Below, one piece after another: positions 9,218 to 18,894 of a DNA stretch of 64,000 bases; within the stretch, counting starts at the first letter, position 1; each line of letters opens with the position of its first letter. Below the pieces are notes generated by a model, which saw nothing but the letters and a program-made list of their open reading frames with translations, did not search any database and was not told the origin of the DNA. The position numbers and the translations under genes were made by a program. The stretch is taken from contig CAWGMQ010000003.1 of the NCBI GenBank assembly GCA_963823665.1, positions 832,001-896,000 of the forward strand, read 5' to 3'. Source of the DNA: an uncultured Planctomycetota bacterium. Lineage in GTDB: Bacteria > Planctomycetota > Planctomycetia > Isosphaerales > Isosphaeraceae.

Positions 9218-10411
9218 CTAGGTAGCCAGTAATTTGAACTGTGAAATGTGTTCGATTCGGTGAATGCGCCGTTCCCGGAGCAGGATCCCGCTGAGAGCTA
9301 CGTAATGGGCGGATCCGTGGGCCTGCCACGCAATTTGATAATCGTTCGCATCGAGAGTTACCCTCGCTCGGATCGTGCCTTCGACGTCGAAAAGCATCAG
9401 GATGACGTCACCTTGAACCCGGCCCTCGGGGTCGGGATCGCCCATCAGGGAATCCACAAGCCCGATGAAATTGGAGATCTTGGGTTCCGTGGTTGGCCTG
9501 AGCGCTCGTGCGACCTTCTCGATCTCACCGAAAACATCGCTCCGAAGCACGACGTGCGACGGCGTTTCGGCCTCTGTTGGCGGTGCGAAAGCATTCGACC
9601 AGCTTGTGTGGACAGCTAATCGGGACCGTTCACCGATCGGCTGCATCGCTAGTACCGCTTCGCAGAGATTTGCGCTCAGGGCTGGCTGGCCGTTTTCCGC
9701 GACCAGCAACGAGGCTGTTTTATCTGCATCAATCGCCCTGGTTATGCGACGGAGCGACCCCATCAGCAGACGCGTCACTTGCCGCGTGAAGGGCTCGTTG
9801 GGCCCGCCGCTCGCGGAATCCGAATCCGGTTCACGGATCTTATCGAATAACGGCGTCGGTGCGATGGTGGCTGAGTCCGGGTCGAACGCGTCGAGCGGAC
9901 AGGCGACCTTGAGGGTGAAGCTTCCTCGCTCTGTCTGACCCATCCGGCATGCTTTGACCAGTTGCTCGGCTTCACTCCGGCTCAGGCGAGGGTGAAATGG
10001 CTGGGGCTGGATGACGCTGCACGCGGCAGATCGCAGAGCTCGTTCGGCGGCACCCAGGAGGCCGATGCCTTGTGAAAGTGGAATGGAACCGCGCTGCGAA
10101 TCAGGCTCGTCCAGTCGGAACCGGACGAGGTCGCAAGCGAAGTCGAGCAAGTCTTCGAGAACCTGAATTGGCGACAGGCGCGATCGTGCGGCTAGACGAG
10201 CAATCACGTCGGCCAAGTTTCTGCCGTAATCGTCCGTCGATCGATCCAGAGGGACGATCAGTTGATCCAGATCCGATTCGGGGTGTTGGTACAGCGCGAT
10301 TGCGCCGTTGACGCCCTCTGCTCGCCGCCAACCCTGCGAGATCGCGTAGCGGCGGACCTCAAGGGGGCTCACCTGGAGAATCAAGTCTTCCGGGAGGTCA
10401 AGGTGCCGCAT
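9218..10411 (-). CDS. Hypothetical protein (about 397 aa), candidate defence accessory gene
   Basis: Intact long ORF with GSIPL, AACS and CRMGQTERGSF motifs; possible OB-like C-terminus; lies between pglX and pglZ; alternative GTG start at 10456. Confidence 0.75.
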   Translation of the reverse strand: MRHLDLPEDLILQVSPLEVRRYAISQGWRRAEGVNGAIALYQHPESDLDQLIVPLDRSTDDYGRNLADVIARLAARSRLSPIQVLEDLLDFACDLVRFRLDEPDSQRGSIPLSQGIGLLGAAERALRSAACSVIQPQPFHPRLSRSEAEQLVKACRMGQTERGSFTLKVACPLDAFDPDSATIAPTPLFDKIREPDSDSASGGPNEPFTRQVTRLLMGSLRRITRAIDADKTASLLVAENGQPALSANLCEAVLAMQPIGERSRLAVHTSWSNAFAPPTEAETPSHVVLRSDVFGEIEKVARALRPTTEPKISNFIGLVDSLMGDPDPEGRVQGDVILMLFDVEGTIRARVTLDANDYQIAWQAHGSAHYVALSGILLRERRIHRIEHISQFKLLAT

Positions 10412-10591
10412 ACGGGAAGGTTGTTCTGCCGGACTGCCGTTCACGCTCAAGAGCACGCTAGTGCCTCCTGGACGCTATGACTTGGACCTCAGCAAAACCT
10501 CAATGGCTTTTCGCGATTCCGGGACGGCGATTCGTTCGAGCAGGGAGCACTCTGGCAAAGGCGGTGACACCCATCCGGAACTTTCAGCGGG

Positions 10592-10640
10592 CGGCACACG
10601 GAGTGTGCCTGCTACACCAGAGCACTGGCAAAGCCAGTAC
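10592..10640. repeat. Two adjacent REP-like palindromes
   Basis: GGCACAC-GGA-GTGTGCC(TGCTAC) at 10592-10615 and ACTGGC-AAA-GCCAGT at 10622-10640. Confidence 0.65.
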
Positions 10641-10814
10641 TACCCACCGCAGTCGCATGATTGTGCAATACTATTCAGTGTGACGTGCCCGCGCGGCGGT
10701 CGCAAGCAATTGAATCGGCTCCTGGTGCTCTTGGATAGCCTTGGCCAAACCGCTCCGGTGAATATAATTGAAAAGTACGTAGGTGGGACACTAGCTGGCG
10801 GTATGGGGTTGAAT

Positions 10815-10973
10815 ATGCCTTTGGTATTCCGCTTGATGAGGAAGGATGCCGACGGATTCCCAACCCTTAGCCCAACGAGCCTCGGAGTCCGCCCCTCAGG
10901 TGTCGGTGTCGACGCAGCGAAGAGTGTGCAGGGACTTGACCATGCGGTCGCAACTCCCAGAAATGAACCCTAA
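10815..10973 (+). pseudogene. Short N-terminal gene fragment, possibly toxin-like
   Basis: MPLVFRLMRKDADGFPTLSPTSLGVRP; short, overlaps the start of the next ORF. Confidence 0.3.
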
Positions 10974-11160
10974 CTACCTCGCGGTGGAGCGCGGAGTTCG
11001 TGAGTTGCACGCGCTGATAGCGGAGGGCAAGGAAGACTCGCCGGAAGCCGACGCCATCCGAGACGCAACCGATGGACCTTGGGAGTCACTTTCGGAAGCC
11101 GAGCGCCAACGCATTCGAAATCTGTCCGAGGCTCTTTACTCGCGGCACGAAAATGCGTGA
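10963..11160 (+). CDS. Small helical hypothetical protein, possibly truncated
   Basis: LHALIAEGKEDSPEADAIRDATDGPWESLSEAERQRIRNLSEALY looks protein-like. Confidence 0.55.
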   Translation: MNPNYLAVERGVRELHALIAEGKEDSPEADAIRDATDGPWESLSEAERQRIRNLSEALYSRHENA

Positions 11161-11232
11161 GGCTCTGCGAGCAGTTTCTGGTGACGCCAAGCTCCGCCGC
11201 GATAATGAGCGAGTTTTCCGTAGTCTCCCGGT

Positions 11233-11967
11233 TCACGAGACGTGTCCGATAAGACCGGCGAGTTTTTTTATTTCGTCGAGGAATGTCACCATTCCATTCT
11301 GGGCGCCACGCTCGCGTAGGGTCGCCAACGACGTTTCGAGCCAGCAGCGGCGCTCACGGTCGGGGTCTCCGGCGCAGAGAACACGAAGAACCCGCTTCGG
11401 ACTGCGCTTCGCCTGGTCGTTTTTGCCGGCGGTCAACTCATGCGACCGCGCGCGCGGATCGAAACCCAAGTTCTGACGTTCGTCCTCGAGCCTCTGTTAC
11501 TCATCGTCGTTGGCCGGGTCGAACCCACTGATAACCCAGCATTCCCGTTCGGGGATGGCCAGGCCGACGACGATTACAGCCGCCGCCGCGAAGCGATTTC
11601 TCGCTTGTTCCAGTCCTGATTGCCGCTCGACTTGATCGTCCCTGTCGCGGATCAGCAGAATCGCATCAACCGCGTCAAAACTGGCGAGCACGTAAGCAAT
11701 CGCGCGGGAAGCCGCTTTCGCGTCCGGCAGTGCGGGACCGCCGTCAAAATGGCCACGCACCCGGATCCCGAGTTTTCGTGCACCGATTGAGATTGATTGC
11801 CACGTCAGCCGCGCTCCCGACTGATTGCCGCCGATCCATTGTCGCTGTGAGTCGAGCAGCGTTTCATCGAGCCAGGTAATTTCATCTGTCAATACGCGAT
11901 CGGCGAGTTCCGTCGCCGTAGTGAAGTCTGCCTGGGCCTCGTAAACGACAATGAAACTCGCGGTCAC
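11233..11967 (-). pseudogene. RloB/TOPRIM-like partner of the ABC ATPase, with in-frame TAA at 11497-11499
   Basis: IVVYE..D, LLIRDRD and AIPERECW motifs; ORFs 11497..12075 and 11233..11469 are in the same frame. Confidence 0.65.
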
Positions 11968-11971
11968 GACG

Positions 11972-13174
11972 CTAAACCCCCCTCGCCGGGACAGTCCCCG
12001 CGAGTGCCTCGGCCCCGTGTCGGTAATCAGGATCCTTGGAGTTCGCTGCGCCTCCGCTGGCGAGCCACTTCTCACCGAATAAACTCCACATCTCTCCGGG
12101 AGCCATCTCGTCCTTCCACTTCTCGAATTGAGGATGATCGATTAACCGGCCGCAGAGGGAATAACCATCAGGCCCAATCGTCAGCAGGCGAACTTGCTCT
12201 GGTTGCAAGCTGTCGAGCAAGTATGGCGAATGGGCGCTGGCCAAGACTTGAAGTTCAGGAAACCGTTTCATCACTCTACTGAGCACATCCAATAGTGACT
12301 TCTGAGCGAGCGGGTGCAAGCCGTGCTCAATATCGTCCAACAGGAGGATCGATGGTTTGCTTGGACCGAGGAGCACCGTGAGGAGACCCAACAGCATCAA
12401 CGTGCCTTCACTGGCGGTATGGGCTGAAACGTTATTGGCGTTCACGAAATCGAAAAGGATAGCGTCTCCCTGGAACTCTCGGCTGGACCGATGCTCGAAT
12501 GCTTCGTTTCCAAACCGAACGAATTCCTATTCAAGACGTTGAACAGGAATCTTGGTGAAGCGGATACGTTTCAAATGCGGAACGAGCCCACGCATCTCTT
12601 CCACAAGCGCTTCGAATCCGTCCGGGTCATTGAGGGCCATGAACGCCAGTACGGAAGCTAATCCGTCGCCGTCGTATTCTATTTCAGGAGGAGATCGATC
12701 TGAGTACGTGGCCTTCGCTAGTTTCGTCTCACTGAGGTGGAGAAACACGATAGACCGAGCAGGGCGCAGCGCATCCTCTAAGAGTGCTGCCTCCGCTGGG
12801 GACGTCTGGAAGTGCCAAACTCCTTGACCGTAGAGCTCCGTTTGCAGGGGCGGAAATTCAGGTGGCGGGGTGGCCGAAACCGAGAATGTTCCGCCCGAAG
12901 TCGTGCAAGAGATCCTCATGTCGCCGGAGCCGCCGCGAGTGTAAAGCCAATCGCAGTGCCGCTCCGAGCCGAAGACTCTGTCCGGTCTCGGCTTCCAAAC
13001 CTTGGGCCGTTTCTTCGACGTCTGAGGCGTAGCCGCACGCACCGCAAGATAAATCGCGTCGAGCACACTCGTCTTGCCGCTTGCGTTAGCGCCAACAAAG
13101 ACCGTGAGCCGTTCTAGATCGATCTTCTGGAGGCGAATGTTCTTGAAGTTGCTAAGTTCGATCGAGTTTATCAT
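11972..13174 (-). pseudogene. ABC/AAA_21-type ATPase, disrupted by TAG (12527-12529) and a frameshift near 12480
   Basis: NFKNI, Walker A GANASGKTS, signature SEGTL, Walker B LLLDDIEHGLHP and H-loop SAHSPYLL. Confidence 0.85.
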
Positions 13175-13265
13175 GCCTCCTCATCTCCTTGTCTTGAGCG
13201 CCGCCCCTTAATGCACGCTTTTCCGTTGCATACGTCGGCCTTCGTGCTGATCCTGTCTTGCCATT

Positions 13266-14156
13266 TCATGGTGTTGCTCCCTTGGCCCTACGTGACGCCA
13301 TCTTGACCGCGTTCGTCAAGTGAATATCGTTGACGCGATCTCCAGTGAAAGCTCCGTCCTTCCAGAACCAAGGGTAATCGTTTATGTCTCGTTCCGGCTC
13401 TTTGCCGCGGTCTTTGGTCCACTTAATGTTGGGGTTCTTGCGGAGGATGCCTGCTGTCATGAAGGGGCGGATGTTTATGCGCACGCCGTCGTTGAGGTTT
13501 GGGCTCCCGCCGATCGGCTGCTCATGCAGGGGCTTCCAGCGGACGAAGATGTCGTGGGGCGGCTCGCCGGCCAAGATGAGCTTGAGCTTTTGTTGCAATT
13601 CCTGGGCGGCGTTCAGACGGAGATCGGCCCCGACCTTGTCGGACTTGCTCTGGGCAGTGATCCAGTCACCGAGATACGAGTAGATGAGGTTTCCCAGCGC
13701 TTTGTGGTCGAGCTTGTGGTAGTTCACCAGGGCCGAGAAACGATCCTTGCGACCGTCCCAGATGTGCCAGATGAACGGGCGGTTGTGGAAGCGCTTGCAG
13801 TGCTGGTCGAAGAACTGGTTTCGGAGCCAGTCGTCGAGCGTGGTCCCCGCGGTGCATCCGGCGCCAGTGAGCAGATTGTGCAGTACTGAATCGGTCGAGG
13901 CGGGGGAGACGTCGAATCGCTCTCGCGGTGCAACACCGAACTTACGAAGGATGAACCCGCACTTGAAACACGTGAGGTAGGCAGCCTCCTGAGCGAAGTT
14001 CGGATGGATGCGGATTCGATGCAAGCGCACGGGGCCGCGAGCAACGTCCAAGACAGCCATGTTCTTGACGGACGAATCCTGGACGACCTGAACGGGACAG
14101 CCCGTCAGGGATTCGACTTCATCGACGGTTCGCTTGACGGCGGTCTGTGGGTCCAT
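13266..14156 (-). pseudogene. pglX: Deletion fusion: N-terminus of an unrelated protein joined to the C-terminal part of a BREX PglX-like methyltransferase
   Basis: C-terminal ~200 aa has WLRNQFFDQHCKRFHNRPFIWHIWDG, LVNYHKL, YLGDWI, DIFVRWKPLHEQPIG and NDGVRINIRPF; no SAM-binding or NPPY motifs; junction near 13900. Confidence 0.75.
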
Positions 14157-14311
14157 CTTGCTATTATCCTCGGAGCACAGGGTTTTTCCCAGACTGGGCT
14201 GTGAGCGGGGCAGGCTTACGCCGCTTTCACTGGGATTGTGCTATGTCGTCTCGGCGGGTCGTGCTCGCAGCCGTCGTCGGCCCAGAAGCTGTGCGGTCTT
14301 TCCTGCGCGCC

Positions 14312-14360
14312 AACCCCCCTCCGCCGCCTGCGGCGGCACCTTCCCCACAAGGGCGGAAGG
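14312..14360. repeat. REP-like double hairpin
   Basis: CCGCCGC-CT-GCGGCGG followed by CCTTCC-CCACAAGGGC-GGAAGG. Confidence 0.55.
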
Positions 14361-14384
14361 AATGCCTGATGCCCCTTCGCGGAG

Positions 14385-16034
14385 AGGCTGTCATCTTTTG
14401 GCCGCGTTGCGGTAACTCGGCCGTTGGGCCTAGTCGGCTGTGATTCACCGCTTGGTCGCTCGGTTAGTGCCGCCGATTCACGCCAGTTCTCCAATAGCCC
14501 AGCCGTTGACGCAAACGCGCTTTCCTATTTTGTCCCTTTTTTGCAAAGTACCGCTCATTCCGCCAGTTTGCCCATCGCTGGGCGCAGTCTCCCTGCGACA
14601 ACCAGGTTGTGAGCAATTGCAAACAACAATGCGACGGCGCGGCAACGCGGTTGGCCACGCACGGGCATAAACCAGAATCCTCGATTGCGAGCCTGGGCGT
14701 TGACCCACTCGGCTGTTTGGCCTCGCAGCCGGTAGATCAGCTTCGCGGCCTCGGTCCCCATTCGGATCCGCCAAGCGGCAACCGCTTCGCTGTCGCCCTT
14801 CTTTGCGGTGTAGGGATCTTCTCCATTTGCCTGTTTCTTTTTCTCGTCTCTGATCGGCCCGTATACGATGCAGCCGCGTTGGGCCGCCTGATCGATCGAG
14901 TCCTTGGTCGTGAAGCCACCGTCAACCAATGCCTCATCCGGAATTCGTTCGTAACGCTCCTCCAACTGGTCGAGCATGGGCGGAAGTTCTTCGCCATCGT
15001 TCCCTGCGTTGGTCACCTCCACACCCACAATCACACCGCTTTCGGTGTCTGTTGTGAATTGAACGTTATATCCCGGCCGGAATCCTCCGTCTGGAAACTT
15101 CATGATCCTCGCGTCGGGGTCGGTGGTCGAAGCACGCGCTTCCCGCCCCTTGCGGCCGTAGGACTCGTCACGTTCGCGTTGCAGCTCCTCGCACTGCCGC
15201 ATCGCTTCTTCGATCCGTTGCTGTCGCTTGTTGGCGGCACGCTCCCGCGCCGCTCGCTGCCGTCGAGTCAGCTCTGCTGTGTCCTCCTCGGCCAGTTTCT
15301 TCAGCGCCTCAACCTGCTCCTTCGCCGCTTTCAGGCACTCCTCCAGGCTACCGCGACGACGAAACGAGCTCTTGCCCGCGCTGGCACGCACTCTCATTCC
15401 GTCCTGAGCGACCCGGTCCATTTTCACCAACCCGGCATGGAGCAGGGTGCCCACGATCTGCGTGAGCAGTTCGTTCAACTTCTCGCCCCCACAAGCGAGG
15501 AAGTGGGACAACATGCTGTGGTTGACGGTTACGCCGCCGCACAGCCACTGGTACGGCAGACTCCCTTGGTTCTTTTCGCACAGCCGTTCGATTTCACGGG
15601 CGCTGCCGACTCCCTTCAATGTGGCGAAAACCCGCAATCCGACCAGCAAGCGCGGGTCGGTGGCATCTCGGCCGACATGTCGCTCGACGGCCTTGATCTC
15701 GCCGAGCCAGGCTTTCAGATCGAGCTTGCAGACCGCCGCCCAGACGACCCGGGCCGGATGGTCGGCCTCGAGCAATTCATCGAGCGATGCCCAGCGCATC
15801 TCGATCTGGTCGCGTACGGGACACCGCAGCCGCGGCTTGCCAGTTGGCATCGACTGGGCAGCCTGGGCGGGAGAGGGCTGATCGGGCAAGTCTTCTGGGC
15901 TAAAGAGAGGAAGTGTCATGACGCTCGTCCTGCAACACCGGGGCTGCGTGGGGCTCATGCGGCGGACTACATGCATGGTATTAGAACGTGAACACTATAC
16001 AAAATCAACCCCAACGCCGAAAAAATCACAGCCT
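14385..16034 (-). mobile_element. IS1182-family insertion sequence (1650 bp)
   Basis: Imperfect terminal inverted repeats AGGCTGTCATCTTTT and AAAAATCACAGCCT; CGGAG duplicated at 14380-14384 and 16035-16039. Confidence 0.8.
14555..15919 (-). CDS. IS1182 family DDE transposase
   Basis: DUF772-like N-terminus (DHPARVVW, SAREIERLC, YQWLCGG); AQDGMRVRASAG, STTDPDARIMK, GYNVQ, LVDGGF and YRLRGQTAEWV motifs. Confidence 0.92.
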   Translation of the reverse strand: MTLPLFSPEDLPDQPSPAQAAQSMPTGKPRLRCPVRDQIEMRWASLDELLEADHPARVVWAAVCKLDLKAWLGEIKAVERHVGRDATDPRLLVGLRVFATLKGVGSAREIERLCEKNQGSLPYQWLCGGVTVNHSMLSHFLACGGEKLNELLTQIVGTLLHAGLVKMDRVAQDGMRVRASAGKSSFRRRGSLEECLKAAKEQVEALKKLAEEDTAELTRRQRAARERAANKRQQRIEEAMRQCEELQRERDESYGRKGREARASTTDPDARIMKFPDGGFRPGYNVQFTTDTESGVIVGVEVTNAGNDGEELPPMLDQLEERYERIPDEALVDGGFTTKDSIDQAAQRGCIVYGPIRDEKKKQANGEDPYTAKKGDSEAVAAWRIRMGTEAAKLIYRLRGQTAEWVNAQARNRGFWFMPVRGQPRCRAVALLFAIAHNLVVAGRLRPAMGKLAE

Positions 16035-16059
16035 CGGAGCGAAGGGCGACATTGGGCAG

Positions 16060-16192
16060 CCGGCGAGGTGGCCCCATCAATCCTGTTCGCGGGACAGCTA
16101 CCGACTGTAGAACCGTATGCGGGAAAACCGCCCGCCGACACGGATCGGAGGACGGAGAGAAATCGAAACCCATCGATCGTTCCGACCCCTAC
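16060..16192 (+). ncRNA. Degenerate group II intron 3' end (domains V-VI), fragment
   Basis: GAACCGTATGCGG-GAAA-ACCGC...ACGGATC DV-like hairpin from 16110; DVI-like stem ending TCCGACCCCTAC (AY terminus) at 16192. Confidence 0.65.
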
Positions 16193-16596
16193 CGAGCGTG
16201 TTCCGGTTGGCCGGATTATGCCGGATAAGCACAGCGCGGCGAGTCTTGCCTTGTGCGGCAATGCCTTGAGATCGCGGAGCTGGCGCATCTGATCGTTGTT
16301 CGATCGTCAAAATCGATGCAGGTTCCCTGGGAACCGCAGTTTTGGGAACCGGAAATTTTTGTTCATAGGGGAATCATGACCTATATTGTGGCGTCGTGAT
16401 GGATGATCCGGGATGGCGCATTTTGCGGCGCGGGTGTTCGTGCCGGAGCGCCAGGCTGATCGGGTCGTCGTCCCAGCGCGGTCGGAATGGTTGGGATTTC
16501 ACGCGACAGAGTTCAGGGAAATCGTCGGCTTGAAGCGTGAGCTATGTTGCGGGAATTGGTGGGCTTTCGAGCCACATATAGGGTTATGGTGATGCG

Positions 16597-18774
16597 ATGG
16601 GTGTGCTGCAAGGTGCCGCGGTTGTCGGGATGCGTGATCAGCGGTCTTCGACCGGCAATGGGTCGCGGTTCAACGCGGTCAAGCATGGGCTGACGGCGAA
16701 GACGCCGGTTTTGCCGGGGGAGGATCCGGCGGAGCTTCAGGCGAAGATTGATGCGTACAAAGCCAAGTATCAGACGCGAGACCAGGTCGAGCACGACCTG
16801 GCCGAGATGGCGGCGATGGCTTGCTGGCAGGCCAAGCGGGCCAACCGATTGGAGACCGTCCGGCTGACGTGCGGTATTGTGGCTCGGCCGGATGCCGATG
16901 CGCTTTGCGCGGGGAATGAAGTCGACGGCCTCGGTCGTCGCTTGTTGTTTGACCGCCGCGGGCCCTGGCAGCTTTATCCGTCGCCAGAGTATATGCATAA
17001 GCAGCCGCGGACCTCGGATTCGGGCGAACCTATTGACCCCGATCAGCCTGCGGTGATCAAACGCGGGCTTGAAGCGACCCCCGAGGGCTGCGGCTGGCTG
17101 CTGGACCGGTGGTTCGAGCTGAGGAAGCCGCTCGAGAACGAGAGCGAGGATGGCTCGGGCTGGATTTCGTGTCAGAAATTCACGGCCATCCGTCTGCTGG
17201 GTAAGCAGCCGCTCGACGCCATCCACGATCCCGAAGTGGCCATGGTGTTTCTCGCAAGCCATGCCATCAGTCCGAATTTTGCAACGGCTTTTCACGAGCT
17301 TCGGTGCGAGATCCGCGACGATCAGGTTGAGATGTATGAGGGCGAGCTTTGTCGAGAGGAGTGGCAGGCAATCACTCCGGCGGATACCGCGGCCGGACGG
17401 GCGGCGTTGTTCGAAATCGTTGACCGGGAGATTGAGCGGCTGAGGATACTCGAAGCCAAGCGGGCGGAAGTCGCCGACTTCCTCGATCAGGTTCAGACGG
17501 ATGTCCCCAGCGAAGCTCAGTGTAAGGCCGTCGAGCAGATTCGGCGTCATCTTCAGAGTGCCAACCGACTGATGCTGCGGAACATTGACGCGATTGAGAG
17601 GGCGCGACGGAAGGAGGCGGAAGGGTGGTACAAGGTCCGGCGGGAACGAGAACGGCTGAAAGCAGAAGCACGACGCGGGCATATGTCCGATCTGCGATTT
17701 GTGATCGATGAGCGTGGGAGCGTTCGCGATGCCCAAGGCTATGACGGCGACCTCGAGGCTGGGCTGGCTCGCTGGAAGGCGACGCACGGACCGCAGCCTT
17801 GTGAGAAGCCGTATTACAGTGCGCCTGGTGCTGGCGGCGAGAGCTACACATGTGGCACGCCGAATGACGTGAGCGCGAAGCCCGCACACTCGCAGATCCA
17901 GGGCCAAACGGAAGCGATCACCGATCGGGCGTGCGAGACGGCCGCGGGGAATAGTGATGCTCGGGAAGCGCCCGTGGCGATGCGGGCGGATGGGGTGACG
18001 GATGATCGTGCGATGGATCAGGGCGCTGCGGCCGGGGCGGAAATGCGGGATGGGGCCGCGGATTTGGGTCAAGCTGGGCTGAGCGATTTCGTTTCCGTAA
18101 CCCTTACGGGACAAGGGCCCGCGACGAATATACAAAACGAAATCGACGGGGGGAGCAGCGAGGGCGGAGGACGGAGAGCGGAGGAGGGAGGAGGGGCGGC
18201 GGAGGACGGAGGGCGGAGAGCGGAGGAGGGAGGAGGGGCGGCGGACTGGGGCGAGCCTTCGCGTGCAGGAGACCCGCGCCGAACTGGTGGCCACACAGAG
18301 GCGGAAATCGAGGACGCGGCCACCGGTTCCGGACAAGTTGGGCTGAGCGATTTCGTTTCCTTAACCCTTACGGAGAAAGTGCCCGCGACGAATATACAAA
18401 ACGAAATGGTGGAGGACGGACCAAGCGAGGCTGCGGGCGACGCGCCGATCGAAGCTGTGGCGGCCGGGCAAGACGAAGGGGGCGAGACCGGCTGCCAGGA
18501 GGACGGTGGCGGTGATGATTTGCCGGCGACTTTGGGCGAAGAGGGTTGCGTGGTGGCGCCTCGGGTGCCGGAGCCGCTTTCCAAGAGGGAGAGACGGCGG
18601 CGGGGACGTGAAAGGGCGCGGCGACGTGAAATGGCGAGGAAGGAGTTTGAGCGCCGGCGCGGGGTGATCGCGAGTCAACCCGATGTTTCGGTGGGCGAGA
18701 TACTCGACAGCGTTGAGTCGATCTTGCCGAACGCGGTCGCGTTTCTCCGGAAATACGGGCCGCGGTCGCCGTGA
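16597..18774 (+). CDS. Hypothetical protein of the 'SRxNAxKHG' family with a low-complexity repeat tail
   Basis: SRFNAVKHGLTAKTPVLPGEDP N-terminal motif; 725 aa ORF; start uncertain. Confidence 0.75.
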   Translation: MGVLQGAAVVGMRDQRSSTGNGSRFNAVKHGLTAKTPVLPGEDPAELQAKIDAYKAKYQTRDQVEHDLAEMAAMACWQAKRANRLETVRLTCGIVARPDADALCAGNEVDGLGRRLLFDRRGPWQLYPSPEYMHKQPRTSDSGEPIDPDQPAVIKRGLEATPEGCGWLLDRWFELRKPLENESEDGSGWISCQKFTAIRLLGKQPLDAIHDPEVAMVFLASHAISPNFATAFHELRCEIRDDQVEMYEGELCREEWQAITPADTAAGRAALFEIVDREIERLRILEAKRAEVADFLDQVQTDVPSEAQCKAVEQIRRHLQSANRLMLRNIDAIERARRKEAEGWYKVRRERERLKAEARRGHMSDLRFVIDERGSVRDAQGYDGDLEAGLARWKATHGPQPCEKPYYSAPGAGGESYTCGTPNDVSAKPAHSQIQGQTEAITDRACETAAGNSDAREAPVAMRADGVTDDRAMDQGAAAGAEMRDGAADLGQAGLSDFVSVTLTGQGPATNIQNEIDGGSSEGGGRRAEEGGGAAEDGGRRAEEGGGAADWGEPSRAGDPRRTGGHTEAEIEDAATGSGQVGLSDFVSLTLTEKVPATNIQNEMVEDGPSEAAGDAPIEAVAAGQDEGGETGCQEDGGGDDLPATLGEEGCVVAPRVPEPLSKRERRRRGRERARRREMARKEFERRRGVIASQPDVSVGEILDSVESILPNAVAFLRKYGPRSP
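18070..18407 (+). repeat. 74-bp imperfect direct repeat (18070-18143 and 18334-18407) enclosing a purine-rich tandem repeat of 42-bp period (18172-18245)
   Basis: TGGGCTGAGCGATTTCGTTTCC...CCCGCGACGAATATACAAAACGAAAT occurs twice; CGGAGAGCGGAGGAGGGAGGAGGGGCGGCGGA occurs at 18172 and 18214. Confidence 0.9.
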
Positions 18775-18894
18775 CGTGCTTGGGGGGCCGTGAGCCGGGA
18801 CTGATGAAAAGCGGGACGTATTGGCGAATTTCGAGCTCGAAGGTTCGGCGTTTTCTGTTGCGAGACGGCTTTGTGATGGCGGCCGCCGGGACAG

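Noticed and set aside
11237..11254. GAGACGTGTCCGATAAG resembling an IS5-type terminus
   Set aside because: No partner end or transposase nearby, and it lies within the last codons of a gene; probably coincidental
7920..12529. Stop-codon reassignment or read-through in the defence island
   Set aside because: The internal stops are of different types (TAA, TAA, TAG), accompany deletions, and the same codons end normal genes elsewhere
14436..14445. GGCTGTGATT as the left end of the IS1182
   Set aside because: It matches the right inverted repeat but has no target duplication; the end at 14385 gives a duplication and restores the REP target, so this is more likely an internal repeat
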